Positions 28,233-36,370 of a stretch of 64,000 bases of DNA are shown here, one piece after another. The stretch lies in the NCBI GenBank assembly GCA_945865565.1, contig CAMBEK010000005.1:54056-118055 (forward strand), written 5' to 3'. The notes beneath the pieces are model-generated. The model did not search any database. It was not told where the DNA came from and saw only the letters and a list, made by a program, of their open reading frames with translations. This DNA comes from Pseudobacteriovorax antillogorgiicola. GTDB lineage: Bacteria > Bdellovibrionota_B > Oligoflexia > Oligoflexales > RGVZ01. How positions within the stretch are numbered: the stretch's first letter is position 1; each line of letters begins with the position of its first letter. A program made the translations under genes and the position numbers.

Positions 28233-28290
28233 TATTATATTTTGTCAGGACGATGTGACATTTTTGTCAGATCGACATGACAAAATAATA
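28233..28290. promoter_or_regulatory. Operator-like nested inverted/direct repeats upstream of the DUF4143 ATPase gene
   Basis: TATTATATTTTGTCA (28233-28247) is nearly complementary to TGACAAAATAATA (28278-28290), and TTTTGTCAG is repeated directly at 28240 and 28262. The feature ends 17 nt before the start at 28307. Confidence 0.35.
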
Positions 28291-28306
28291 AAAACAGGAT
28301 AAATGC

Positions 28307-29464
28307 TTGATAAGATTGAAGTTATCGGAACTCATCGAGTCCCGCCTCCAGGGCGAAGCAAACCTCATTCAGGTCATTATTGGACCACGGCAGGTAGGTA
28401 AAACCACCGCCGTTCAGCAGGCTCTAGCCGCTCTGCCCACGACGACTCCGCGCCATTACGCCACAGCCGACGCCGTCTTCAGAAGCGACTGGAGTTGGAT
28501 TGAGCGTCAATGGCACGAAGCAATTCAACTTGGATCAAACGCTGTTTTAGTTTTGGACGAAATTCAAAAAATCGATGCCTGGTCCGAGCTGATTAAAAAA
28601 CTGTGGGACGAAAATCGCCGCAAGGATGTCCAGCTCCGTGTTGTGCTTCTAGGCTCAAGTTCACTGGCTCTCCAATCTGGTCTATCGGAGAGTATGACCG
28701 GACGGTTTGAGCTGATTCGAGCCTATCATTGGAATTTTCTGGAGACCAAGGCCGCCTTTGGCAACGGCTTAGATGATTACCTGATTTTTGGCGGATATCC
28801 TGGGGCAGAGGCTCTCAAAGATGATGAGTTTCGTTGGTTTTCATTCCTGAAAAATTCCATCGTTGAAACGGTCATCGATAAAGACATCCTTCAACTTCGC
28901 AAAGTTGAACGACCCGCATTATTCAAACAAGTTTTTGAGCTGGCCTGCGGTTATCCGGCACAGGAAATCAGCCTCCGGAAGCTCGTCGGACAGTTGCAGG
29001 ATCCTGGCAGTGTCGAGACCGTAAAACACTACCTCGAACTACTGGAGGGTGCCTTTCTGATCAAGACTCTGCAAAAGTACAGCACAAACCTGATTCAGAA
29101 AAAGTCCTCCAGCCCCAAGATCCTTCCGATGTGCCCAGCGCTATGCACCTTCTCCCGCGGGGAGGCACAGTTAAGCAGCGAAGATCGCGGCCGGATATTT
29201 GAGTTGGTGGTTGGACTTGATTTGATGAGACTTCAAGGCACGCTATATTATTGGCGGGACGGTAATGACGAAGTGGATTTCGTCTATCGGATTGGCAAAA
29301 AAGTTTACGCGATCGAGGTAAAATCAGGGCGCAAAAAATCAGTCAACGGACTGGCCCGATTTCGCGAGGAATTCCAAGGCTCATGCGGGATCGTGATCAC
29401 TCCCGACAATTATCTTGATTTCGCCACGAATCCGGCCGATTTCTTGTCCAGGTTTTCCTCGTAA
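28307..29464 (+). CDS. AAA-type ATPase with C-terminal DUF4143/PD-(D/E)xK-like domain (COG1373-type)
   Basis: Walker A GPRQVGKTT and Walker B VLVLDEIQ. The C-terminus EVDFVYRIGKKVYAIEVKSGRKK fits a D...ExK nuclease-fold motif. The TTG start is uncertain. Confidence 0.75.
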   Translation: MIRLKLSELIESRLQGEANLIQVIIGPRQVGKTTAVQQALAALPTTTPRHYATADAVFRSDWSWIERQWHEAIQLGSNAVLVLDEIQKIDAWSELIKKLWDENRRKDVQLRVVLLGSSSLALQSGLSESMTGRFELIRAYHWNFLETKAAFGNGLDDYLIFGGYPGAEALKDDEFRWFSFLKNSIVETVIDKDILQLRKVERPALFKQVFELACGYPAQEISLRKLVGQLQDPGSVETVKHYLELLEGAFLIKTLQKYSTNLIQKKSSSPKILPMCPALCTFSRGEAQLSSEDRGRIFELVVGLDLMRLQGTLYYWRDGNDEVDFVYRIGKKVYAIEVKSGRKKSVNGLARFREEFQGSCGIVITPDNYLDFATNPADFLSRFSS

Positions 29465-29592
29465 TCATGACCGGTTGTCGAAGAGTGAAGGCAGACTCAT
29501 CGACCCAATCTTTCTGACATCGCTAAGCCGCGATCCATTGAGGACATCGTGAAGTGTGATTGAATTTCGTACAATCCTGCTGATGTTCTTGT

Positions 29593-30966
29593 TCAGACGA
29601 TTTCGCTAAGCAACCGATGCAATTGACCAGTCATATACAAAGGTAGTGATAGGAGCTTTAGTGAGTAGGTTCCGACTCCTTTTGCAGTCACCACGGACGG
29701 CTGACTCTGAGTCAATTGCGGAGGTTGCCCGCAAAGTTTGATAGCAAGTGGTGTTTGATTATGGGCCATCATGAATTGATGCAACGACCTGAGAGACCCT
29801 GTTGTTCCTGCTTTGACCTCGATGGGGACAAGCCAGCGGTCGTGTTGGACCAGAAAATCAATTTCGGCGCTAGACTGCCTTTGTTCTCGCTTCCAGTAGT
29901 AGAGCTCCGGAGGACGCTCGGCACCAGCTATCGTAGCGATATGCTGCGCCACAAATTGCTCCGCAAGGGGCCCTTCCCAGATGGTAACATCATCAAAGAG
30001 AGTAGAGCGTGGCAAAACTCCGAGTCCATGGCACGCTAATCCAACGTCGACAAAATATAGTTTTGCGGACGACTGATCTGCGGTCGCCCCAATGGGTAGT
30101 CCTTGCCCATCCGTGTGGAATGCCTTCCGGATTACACGCGCATAGTGGAAGAGTGCAAGAATATCGCGAGTTACGCTGCTTCGCTCTCCCGGAGCGATCT
30201 CTGCATATTTTATTTTGCGCCCAACAAAGCCGGGTGTCCGCGTAAAAATCTCATGCATCAACATAATTTTTGCGCGCTTACCATATTTATGAAAATCTTC
30301 GCGGTATGTTTGGAGGATCGATTGTTGGGTGGACGACCATTGGGGTGAGTTCGGGTTAGCCACAAACGCCTCGACAACCTCCGGCATCCCGCCAACCATC
30401 AAATACTCTCTGAGCCGCTTCATCAGCTGTTTATGAAGCTGATCTGGCCATAAGTCGCCCACGTGAAACGCTTGAAGGCGCTCAACCAAAAAATCCTCGC
30501 CTGCCGCTTGCAAATATTCTTCGAAACTCATGGGTTCAACGTGTAAAAACTCGATCCGCCCCACCGGCATGGAAAACTTTGCTTCGCTCAACGCAAATTC
30601 AAGCAAAGATCCTGCGGCGATCACCGGGATGTCCGGGTTCTGTTCATAAAAATAACGCAGGGCCGCCAAACAATGGGGAGTCGCCTGAATTTCATCGAGG
30701 AATAGCAAGCTTCCTTCGCGTCCAACGGGGCGGTGAAAGAAACTGCTAAGTTCTGCTATGATCAAAGGCATGTCTAATGTCTTAAAAACCGCGTCAAATG
30801 AAACCTGTTGTTCCAGGTTAATCTCGTCGAGCTCTAACCCCATTTCCCTTGCAAAAAGACGTACTAAACTCGACTTACCGACTTGCCGGGCACCCCGAAG
30901 CACAAGCGGTTTTCTTTTTTTACTGTTAAACCAGTTGGTTAGGTTTGTTTGAAGGATTCGTCTCAT
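29593..30966 (-). CDS. AAA-type ATPase with C-terminal DUF4143/PD-(D/E)xK-like domain (longer paralogue type)
   Basis: Walker A GARQVGKSSL and Walker B LLFLDEIQ. The C-terminus AEIDFLVQHDRWLVPIEVKAGTTGS has the same E-[IV]-D-F...IEVK pattern as the neighbouring gene. Confidence 0.75.
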   Translation of the reverse strand: MRRILQTNLTNWFNSKKRKPLVLRGARQVGKSSLVRLFAREMGLELDEINLEQQVSFDAVFKTLDMPLIIAELSSFFHRPVGREGSLLFLDEIQATPHCLAALRYFYEQNPDIPVIAAGSLLEFALSEAKFSMPVGRIEFLHVEPMSFEEYLQAAGEDFLVERLQAFHVGDLWPDQLHKQLMKRLREYLMVGGMPEVVEAFVANPNSPQWSSTQQSILQTYREDFHKYGKRAKIMLMHEIFTRTPGFVGRKIKYAEIAPGERSSVTRDILALFHYARVIRKAFHTDGQGLPIGATADQSSAKLYFVDVGLACHGLGVLPRSTLFDDVTIWEGPLAEQFVAQHIATIAGAERPPELYYWKREQRQSSAEIDFLVQHDRWLVPIEVKAGTTGSLRSLHQFMMAHNQTPLAIKLCGQPPQLTQSQPSVVTAKGVGTYSLKLLSLPLYMTGQLHRLLSEIV

Positions 30967-30973
30967 GGGCTAT

Positions 30974-31016
30974 ATACCCTATAATAAATCACAAAAAGTG
31001 ATATTTGTAAGGGTAT
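30974..31016. promoter_or_regulatory. Nested palindrome immediately upstream of the minus-strand DUF4143 ATPase gene
   Basis: The outer pair is ATACCCT (30974-30980) with AGGGTAT (31010-31016). The inner pair is TCAC-aaaaa-GTGA (30989-31001). The feature begins 8 nt from the ATG at 30966. Confidence 0.35.
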
Positions 31017-31063
31017 TTTAGAGCGCTAAAACGTCAAATGTCAATGTATTTACTGAGGACACC

Positions 31064-32002
31064 ATGCAGTTAACTTCGATCTTGACCCTAATCGCCCTGG
31101 CACTTCTGACAAATTGCGCCACAGCCGCAAGCCCGGCAAAAAATAAAACCAATTCACCTTTGCCGGTTTCTGACGCGACGCCGGTGCGAGACTTGGTTTT
31201 TGCGCAGCGCACGAAAGTTTTACTAAAAGCCGACTGGCATCCGGTAAACGGTTCGCCCCTCGCCCGTAACGGGAAAAATCCAGCGTGCATCGTGATTCAT
31301 GGCGGCGGCTGGTACAAGGGCGACAAGACGGACATGGAATCGATCTCCAGGCGGCTGGCACGCCGCGGAATCCCCTCCTTGAATATCAACTACCGCCTCG
31401 CCCCTGAATTTCGTTTCCCGTCGCCTGTTCTCGACACAAAGGATGCGATCCGATGGGTCAAAGCCAACTCCCAGGCCCTTGGGGTCGACCCCGCACGGAT
31501 TTGCATGTTTGGATACTCGGCGGGTGCCCATCTGGCCCTCATGAGCGGTTTTACCCGGCCGAAGGACGGGCTGGATGACACCACTCCCCCGACCGCACGG
31601 ATTTTTCGATTTGGTAGTCAGAGTGAGTTAATTCGCAAAATGCCCGCTGATCTGGGCGTAAAGGTGCTGGTCTCGGGTGGAACCCCAAGTGACCTCACGG
31701 AGGGCAATTACAACGAATATTACGAGAAGTTTTTTGGGCGCCCGCCGTCTGAGATTCCGGACACCTACCGGAAGGCCTCCCCCGTGACGTACGTACGCCG
31801 TGGACTGCCACCCGTGTTTCTTTATCACGGCAATCAGGACTGGATTGTTGACGTCGAGCAGTCCCGGCGGCTTGCCGTGAACCTTAAAAAACAGGACGTT
31901 GATACGGAGTATCTCGAGGTGACTTTAGGACACGTCGCGACGTTCCTGTTCGACGACAAGGAAGTCAACGCAGCCATGAACTTCCTGGAATCCCGGATCT
32001 AG
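31064..32002 (+). CDS. Secreted alpha/beta-hydrolase (esterase/lipase, HGGG type)
   Basis: Signal peptide, oxyanion motif VIHGGGW, nucleophile elbow GYSAGAH, and a C-terminal H in LGHV. Confidence 0.75.
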   Translation: MQLTSILTLIALALLTNCATAASPAKNKTNSPLPVSDATPVRDLVFAQRTKVLLKADWHPVNGSPLARNGKNPACIVIHGGGWYKGDKTDMESISRRLARRGIPSLNINYRLAPEFRFPSPVLDTKDAIRWVKANSQALGVDPARICMFGYSAGAHLALMSGFTRPKDGLDDTTPPTARIFRFGSQSELIRKMPADLGVKVLVSGGTPSDLTEGNYNEYYEKFFGRPPSEIPDTYRKASPVTYVRRGLPPVFLYHGNQDWIVDVEQSRRLAVNLKKQDVDTEYLEVTLGHVATFLFDDKEVNAAMNFLESRI

Positions 32003-32033
32003 GGCTGGGTGGCCCCAGATCCTGCCTTGGCCA

Positions 32034-33074
32034 TCAGAAATACTTTTTCAAATTAACAGCGAATAGTGAGTTCTCAGAAGATAATTTCGTCGTCCCGCTT
32101 TCATCCGTCTCAGATTTAGTCGACTTTAATTGGACCTGGTACGCTAGATCCGCCTGCATCGAATTACCAAACCGGGCTTTATACTTCGCGCCGACATTGG
32201 TGCCACCGATGCTGCCGGAATCAAAACCAGCAACCGATTTATAATATTTGGGCTGATATTCCGCGACGAAGGCGAACTGCTGCCGGTCGGTAACTTTGCC
32301 CTCCATTCCAACGACAAAACTCGCCTTGTCATCGTATTCTTTGTAGATCGCATTGTAGGCGTGCAAACCAATGCCGGCCGAAAGGTTGAAACGCTCGCGC
32401 ATCAGAGTCGCCCCAAGCGAGACGGCAGGCTCCTCGTTCGACTCAAGGTAACCTTCCCTTACATTCGCACCAGGCGTATAGGAAAACACATATTCAATGC
32501 CCGCCTTGCGCATTGCCGCACTAAACTCGAATAGGTTGTACAAAATGCTCTCATCCGAAGCATCGATGTCAGGCACACTAAATCGATATTGCTCGTTGAT
32601 TGAACTTATTTTTGCACCCACAGCTAGGTTGTCATTCGCAAGAAAAGACACCAGTATACTGGTCGACTCCGCCTCGAACTTTTGCGATGCCTTGGCCGCC
32701 TCATCTGACCCACTCAAAGGAATCTTGAACGCTGATTTCACCCCTAGCGACGTCCGTTCAAGCCCCAGCCTCATCGTTCCTTTATCCAAAGGCTCCGTCA
32801 TTCCGGCAAAGGTGTGCCCGGTACCAATTGACCGGGCTTTTATATTACCGACGGTACCGTCTGCGCCGCCAGAAAGTAAACCAAGGCTGAGGAACGGCAA
32901 CTTCTCAAATGCATAGCCAGCCGGCACGAACAGGGCCGATGTATCCGATGGGTAAAGCAGCGTTTCTTTCCCCGTCTCTTGCCCCGCATCTTGCCCGGCC
33001 TCTAGATCCGCGTATGCAGTGGATGCTGCAACGCCGAAAGAAAATGCAAAGATGGTCTTCAGAACGTTTCTCAT
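32034..33074 (-). CDS. Outer-membrane beta-barrel protein (unassigned family)
   Basis: The start is taken at MRNVLKTIFAFSFGVAASTAYA (33074, with GAGG upstream). The sequence shows alternating amphipathic strands and ends in the aromatic terminus ...NLKKYF. The 5' extension in the track ORF is not credible. Confidence 0.55.
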   Translation of the reverse strand: MRNVLKTIFAFSFGVAASTAYADLEAGQDAGQETGKETLLYPSDTSALFVPAGYAFEKLPFLSLGLLSGGADGTVGNIKARSIGTGHTFAGMTEPLDKGTMRLGLERTSLGVKSAFKIPLSGSDEAAKASQKFEAESTSILVSFLANDNLAVGAKISSINEQYRFSVPDIDASDESILYNLFEFSAAMRKAGIEYVFSYTPGANVREGYLESNEEPAVSLGATLMRERFNLSAGIGLHAYNAIYKEYDDKASFVVGMEGKVTDRQQFAFVAEYQPKYYKSVAGFDSGSIGGTNVGAKYKARFGNSMQADLAYQVQLKSTKSETDESGTTKLSSENSLFAVNLKKYF

Positions 33075-33106
33075 ACCTGACACCTCAAAAAAAATGAGAC
33101 AAATTG

Positions 33107-33568
33107 CTACGGATAAAACTTGAACAGCCGCGCCGTGAAGTAGGCTGGGCCAACCAAAGCCTGCAAAAGATTCGTGAAAAATGACGGGTGCTGCTTTTCC
33201 CAGATGTAATGTCCGCTGAACTGGATCAACCATCCCACGACCGCAAGGGCGATCACCACGCCAGCTGGCGTGTGCCAGCCCAATACGAGGCAAGCCAGCA
33301 TGTAAACCGTCAGGATGGCGCCAAGGCGCAAGTCGTTGCGGAGGTACCACGACCCTGCGATCACGATTGCCAGAGTTCCACCGGAAAGGCGCAGCCCGTC
33401 GCCGTTTGCCGTTGCCATGGCAAACACGGGCCCAAAGTGGATCCAGTCCAGCATGGCGATAATATGAAAAAGGATGACTGGAATCGCGACCTTATGGGTC
33501 AGCTGATTGGTCGGATGGCGGTGGCCACTTTCGTATTCTCTGAATAGCTCGATCAGCCTGGGGGTCAT
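33107..33568 (-). CDS. DUF962/Mpo1-like membrane protein
   Basis: The start is at MTPRLIELF with GGGAGAAAAC upstream. YESGHRHPTNQLTHKVAIPVILF matches the Y-x3-H-x4-N-x3-H signature of the Mpo1-like family. There are four hydrophobic helices. Confidence 0.65.
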   Translation of the reverse strand: MTPRLIELFREYESGHRHPTNQLTHKVAIPVILFHIIAMLDWIHFGPVFAMATANGDGLRLSGGTLAIVIAGSWYLRNDLRLGAILTVYMLACLVLGWHTPAGVVIALAVVGWLIQFSGHYIWEKQHPSFFTNLLQALVGPAYFTARLFKFYP

Positions 33569-33646
33569 GTTTTCTCCCGATAACGTCGTCAAAATCTGGC
33601 GCATTGGAGTTGCTTGAATTTTCGTGCTAATCCAATCTTACATTGA

Positions 33647-35770
33647 ATGGGTGGTCTTGTGGAAATCAGGGCGTTTGCGGAACAGGTCCTGTTCGGCTCA
33701 AACATCGCAGATAAAACTTCGGCTCCCGTCGGCATCCGCCCATTTACCGACGAGGTGCCTGGCCCGGCTTTGGACGCGCCGCCGACTTTGCCCGGCCGCC
33801 CTCCTGAACTCGCCTTTGACCGCCGCCTGCCCCACGCCGCACAGTTTCCTGGTGCCGGGAAATTATCCGACCCGCGCGGCCGGGGCATGGTCCTGCACTA
33901 CTTTGCCAACCACGAACTTTTGGCCCTTGAGGTCATGGCCCTTGCTTTGCTGCGCTTTCCCGATGCGCCGAAATCTTTTCGAGCAGGCATTGCACGCACG
34001 ATGGTTGAAGAGCAATCCCACCTGAAACTTTACATTGAACGAATGGCAGAACTTGGCGTGACGTTCGGCACGATGCCAGTGAACAGTTTCTTCTGGCGCA
34101 CGATGAAAGACATCGCCACACCACTGGAATATTCTGCAGCGATGTCACTGACGTTTGAGCAGGCGAATTTAGATTTTGCCGAGCACTATGAAAAATCCTT
34201 CCGGGAATTAGGCGACGAGAAAACGGCTGACATTTTGCGTCAGATTCACGACGACGAGATCCGCCACGTTGAACATGGTGTGATCTGGCTGAAAAGATTT
34301 GAGTCCGAAAAAACACTTTGGGATGCCTACCGCGAGCACCTGCGATTTCCGCTGACCCCGAGCCGGGCCAAGGGCCCTGTCTTTGACGAGGCGGGGCGGG
34401 CGCGGGCTGGTTTGGATGCGGAGTTCATTTCTCAACTTAAAGTATTCAGCTCTTCGAAGGGACGTCCTGCAGATTTATGGATGTTCAATCCAGGTTGTGA
34501 GCGTGAACTTGCAGCCGGAACAAAAACGCCTTTTTTCCAGGGCAATGCATCGTTCATTGAACGTGACTTGGCGCCGCTATTGATGTTTCTTGCGGCGACT
34601 GACGACGTGGTTATGGTGAGTCAAAAGCCGTCCCTGCCCTTCCTGTCACAGATGAAGTCCGCGGGGTTTTCTCTTCCCGAGTTTATCGAAACCGGCGACG
34701 TTCCTGATGCCACTACTATTTTAAAATCCCTGGGCAGCCGTAAATTAGGTGTGCTGCATCCATGGGGAGAAACTCCTGCTGCGATGGCATGGGCCAAGCC
34801 TCTGGCAACCATCCTTCGTGGAATGCCGGATCCATGGCCCACGGGATTCACCTCGTTTTTCAGCAAGGATTTTGCCGCGCGCATTGCGCCCGATGCCTAT
34901 TCTGGCCGTCGCTGCGAAAACATGGCGGAGGTTCAAGTCGTCGCCAACGACGTGCAACGCGCCGGGCACACACACCTTGCCGTGAAACCAGTGCTTGGTG
35001 CTTCGGGACTGGGCCTTCGCCGCATCGCCCTTGAAAATCGCAGTCCCGACGGAATCCAAATCACGGAAAAAATAAAATTTCCCTGCATCGCGGAACCTTG
35101 GCTGGATAAAATTTGTGACCTCAGCGTCCTGTTTAAAGTTGAATCGACCGGTCCCGTCCGCGTTCGCGTCCTCGGCATCACGCGGCCTTTGATTGACCGA
35201 ACCGGAAAATATTGTGGCCACGCCCTGGGCCGCCCGTTCAGTTTTCCCGATGCCAATGGCAAAGCCTTTGATCAGGATTTTTTCGGCAAGCTTTATCCGG
35301 GGTGGATGGACCAACTGCGCGAGGCTGCACTGCAGTGCGGCGAACAAATGCACGCCGCTGGCTTTTCAGGACCCGCAGGGATTGACGCGATGGTTTTTCG
35401 CGAGCCCGGACCGCAACCAGTGCAGAGCCGGCCTTTAAGGCTGCGCCCGGTCGTTGAAATTAATCCGCGTTATTCCATGGGACGGGTTGCTGCTGCTTTG
35501 GAACACGGTTTGGCCCGAGGGCATACGGCGATCTGGCTGCACATTCACAACAAGCTCCTGCAGCGAAGCGGCTGCGACACTTTCGCCGCCTTTGCCAAAG
35601 AAATGACACGGCGGTTTCCCCTTGAAACTGTTACCACTGCAGGTGCAGTAAATGTGAAGAGTGGTTTTCTTCCAACCACAGATCCAGAAATTGCAAACGG
35701 CATCCTGACCGCGCTCTTCGCTGGCCAGGATGCCGCAACCTTTGCCTGGAATCTGCTTTACGCCGAGTGA
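33647..35770 (+). CDS. Fusion protein: N-terminal DUF455 (ferritin-like di-iron fold) plus C-terminal ATP-grasp ligase-like module
   Basis: N-terminal half: HYFANHELLALEVMALALLRFPDAP, EEQSHLKLY, LTFEQANLDF and DDEIRHVEHG, which are DUF455-type helices with E/H ligands. C-terminal half: HLAVKPVLGASGLGLRRI and GPAGIDAMVF...RPVVEINPRYSMG, which are ATP-grasp P-loop-like and Mg-binding motifs. Confidence 0.65.
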   Translation: MGGLVEIRAFAEQVLFGSNIADKTSAPVGIRPFTDEVPGPALDAPPTLPGRPPELAFDRRLPHAAQFPGAGKLSDPRGRGMVLHYFANHELLALEVMALALLRFPDAPKSFRAGIARTMVEEQSHLKLYIERMAELGVTFGTMPVNSFFWRTMKDIATPLEYSAAMSLTFEQANLDFAEHYEKSFRELGDEKTADILRQIHDDEIRHVEHGVIWLKRFESEKTLWDAYREHLRFPLTPSRAKGPVFDEAGRARAGLDAEFISQLKVFSSSKGRPADLWMFNPGCERELAAGTKTPFFQGNASFIERDLAPLLMFLAATDDVVMVSQKPSLPFLSQMKSAGFSLPEFIETGDVPDATTILKSLGSRKLGVLHPWGETPAAMAWAKPLATILRGMPDPWPTGFTSFFSKDFAARIAPDAYSGRRCENMAEVQVVANDVQRAGHTHLAVKPVLGASGLGLRRIALENRSPDGIQITEKIKFPCIAEPWLDKICDLSVLFKVESTGPVRVRVLGITRPLIDRTGKYCGHALGRPFSFPDANGKAFDQDFFGKLYPGWMDQLREAALQCGEQMHAAGFSGPAGIDAMVFREPGPQPVQSRPLRLRPVVEINPRYSMGRVAAALEHGLARGHTAIWLHIHNKLLQRSGCDTFAAFAKEMTRRFPLETVTTAGAVNVKSGFLPTTDPEIANGILTALFAGQDAATFAWNLLYAE
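35665..35770 (+). repeat. Direct repeat copy A (functional 3' end of the DUF455/ATP-grasp gene)
   Basis: 35688-35770 matches 36406-36488 at 82 of 83 nt by my alignment (G at 35729, A at 36447). Weaker similarity extends back to ~35665. Confidence 0.85.
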
Positions 35771-35846
35771 CTAATATCCCAGAAAAGGCCCGGGTGCGGG
35801 AATTGGCCTGGTATGTTATATTTTTTTGAAGTTTGAGGGAGGTCCA

Positions 35847-36110
35847 GTGGCCAAGCCAATCGTAAATAAATGGGCCTTCTCGCCACACGCGGCGACTCGT
35901 ATGATGGAACGCAATATCTCGGTTGAGACAATTCAACAATTGATTGAGACACCAGATCTTGTCCTTGCGCAGGGACCGAAATGGTTGTTCGCGAAGTCAT
36001 TTGACGTACGTCACGACAATTTGGTTGCAGCAGTTCTGTTGGAAAGAAAGGACAGGGAATTATGGATCGTACTCACGGTCATGGTAAATTTTCAAGCCAG
36101 GGTAAAGTAA
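35847..36110 (+). CDS. DUF4258-like small toxin candidate
   Basis: FSPHAATRMMERNISVETIQQLI matches the HAxxRMxERxI motif of DUF4258. The GTG at 35847 has GAGGGAGG 4-5 nt upstream; the track start at 35826 is in the same frame. Confidence 0.6.
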   Translation: MAKPIVNKWAFSPHAATRMMERNISVETIQQLIETPDLVLAQGPKWLFAKSFDVRHDNLVAAVLLERKDRELWIVLTVMVNFQARVK

Positions 36111-36349
36111 AGGCAAAAGACAAGAAAACGACTCGAACATCGAACAAGGACCAGTTTCCGTTCGTGTCCATCGATAAAGATTCGGATTTTGCTGCGATCA
36201 AACTTGCGGCCGGAATCGAGGCCAAAAGCTACCTCAAGGACGGCGTCTTGTTTTCCGAGGACGCAAAGGGTCGCGTGATCGAACTTCAAATTTTGAACGT
36301 AAGTCTCACAACCAAATCATACCCAAAAAAGCCTGGTAAAGCGGGTTAA
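36062..36349 (+). CDS. DUF2283-like small protein (antitoxin candidate)
   Basis: SIDKDSDFAAIKL...DAKGRVIELQILNVS resembles the DUF2283 pattern (YDxxxDxLYIxL...GxIxGIEIL). The true start may be the in-frame GTG at 36164, which would remove the overlap with the upstream gene. Confidence 0.55.
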   Translation: MDRTHGHGKFSSQGKVKAKDKKTTRTSNKDQFPFVSIDKDSDFAAIKLAAGIEAKSYLKDGVLFSEDAKGRVIELQILNVSLTTKSYPKKPGKAG

Positions 36350-36370
36350 TGCAGACCTTCAAAAAAAGAT

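Noticed and set aside
32034-33350. Long N-terminal extensions in track ORFs 32034..33350, 41235..41771, 17434..18960, 41654..42460, 13136..14107 and 49148..49687.
   Set aside because: In each case an internal ATG is preceded by a good RBS, produces a signal peptide or canonical N-terminus, and/or gives a 4-nt overlap with the upstream gene. The extensions overlap neighbouring genes or read as low-quality sequence.
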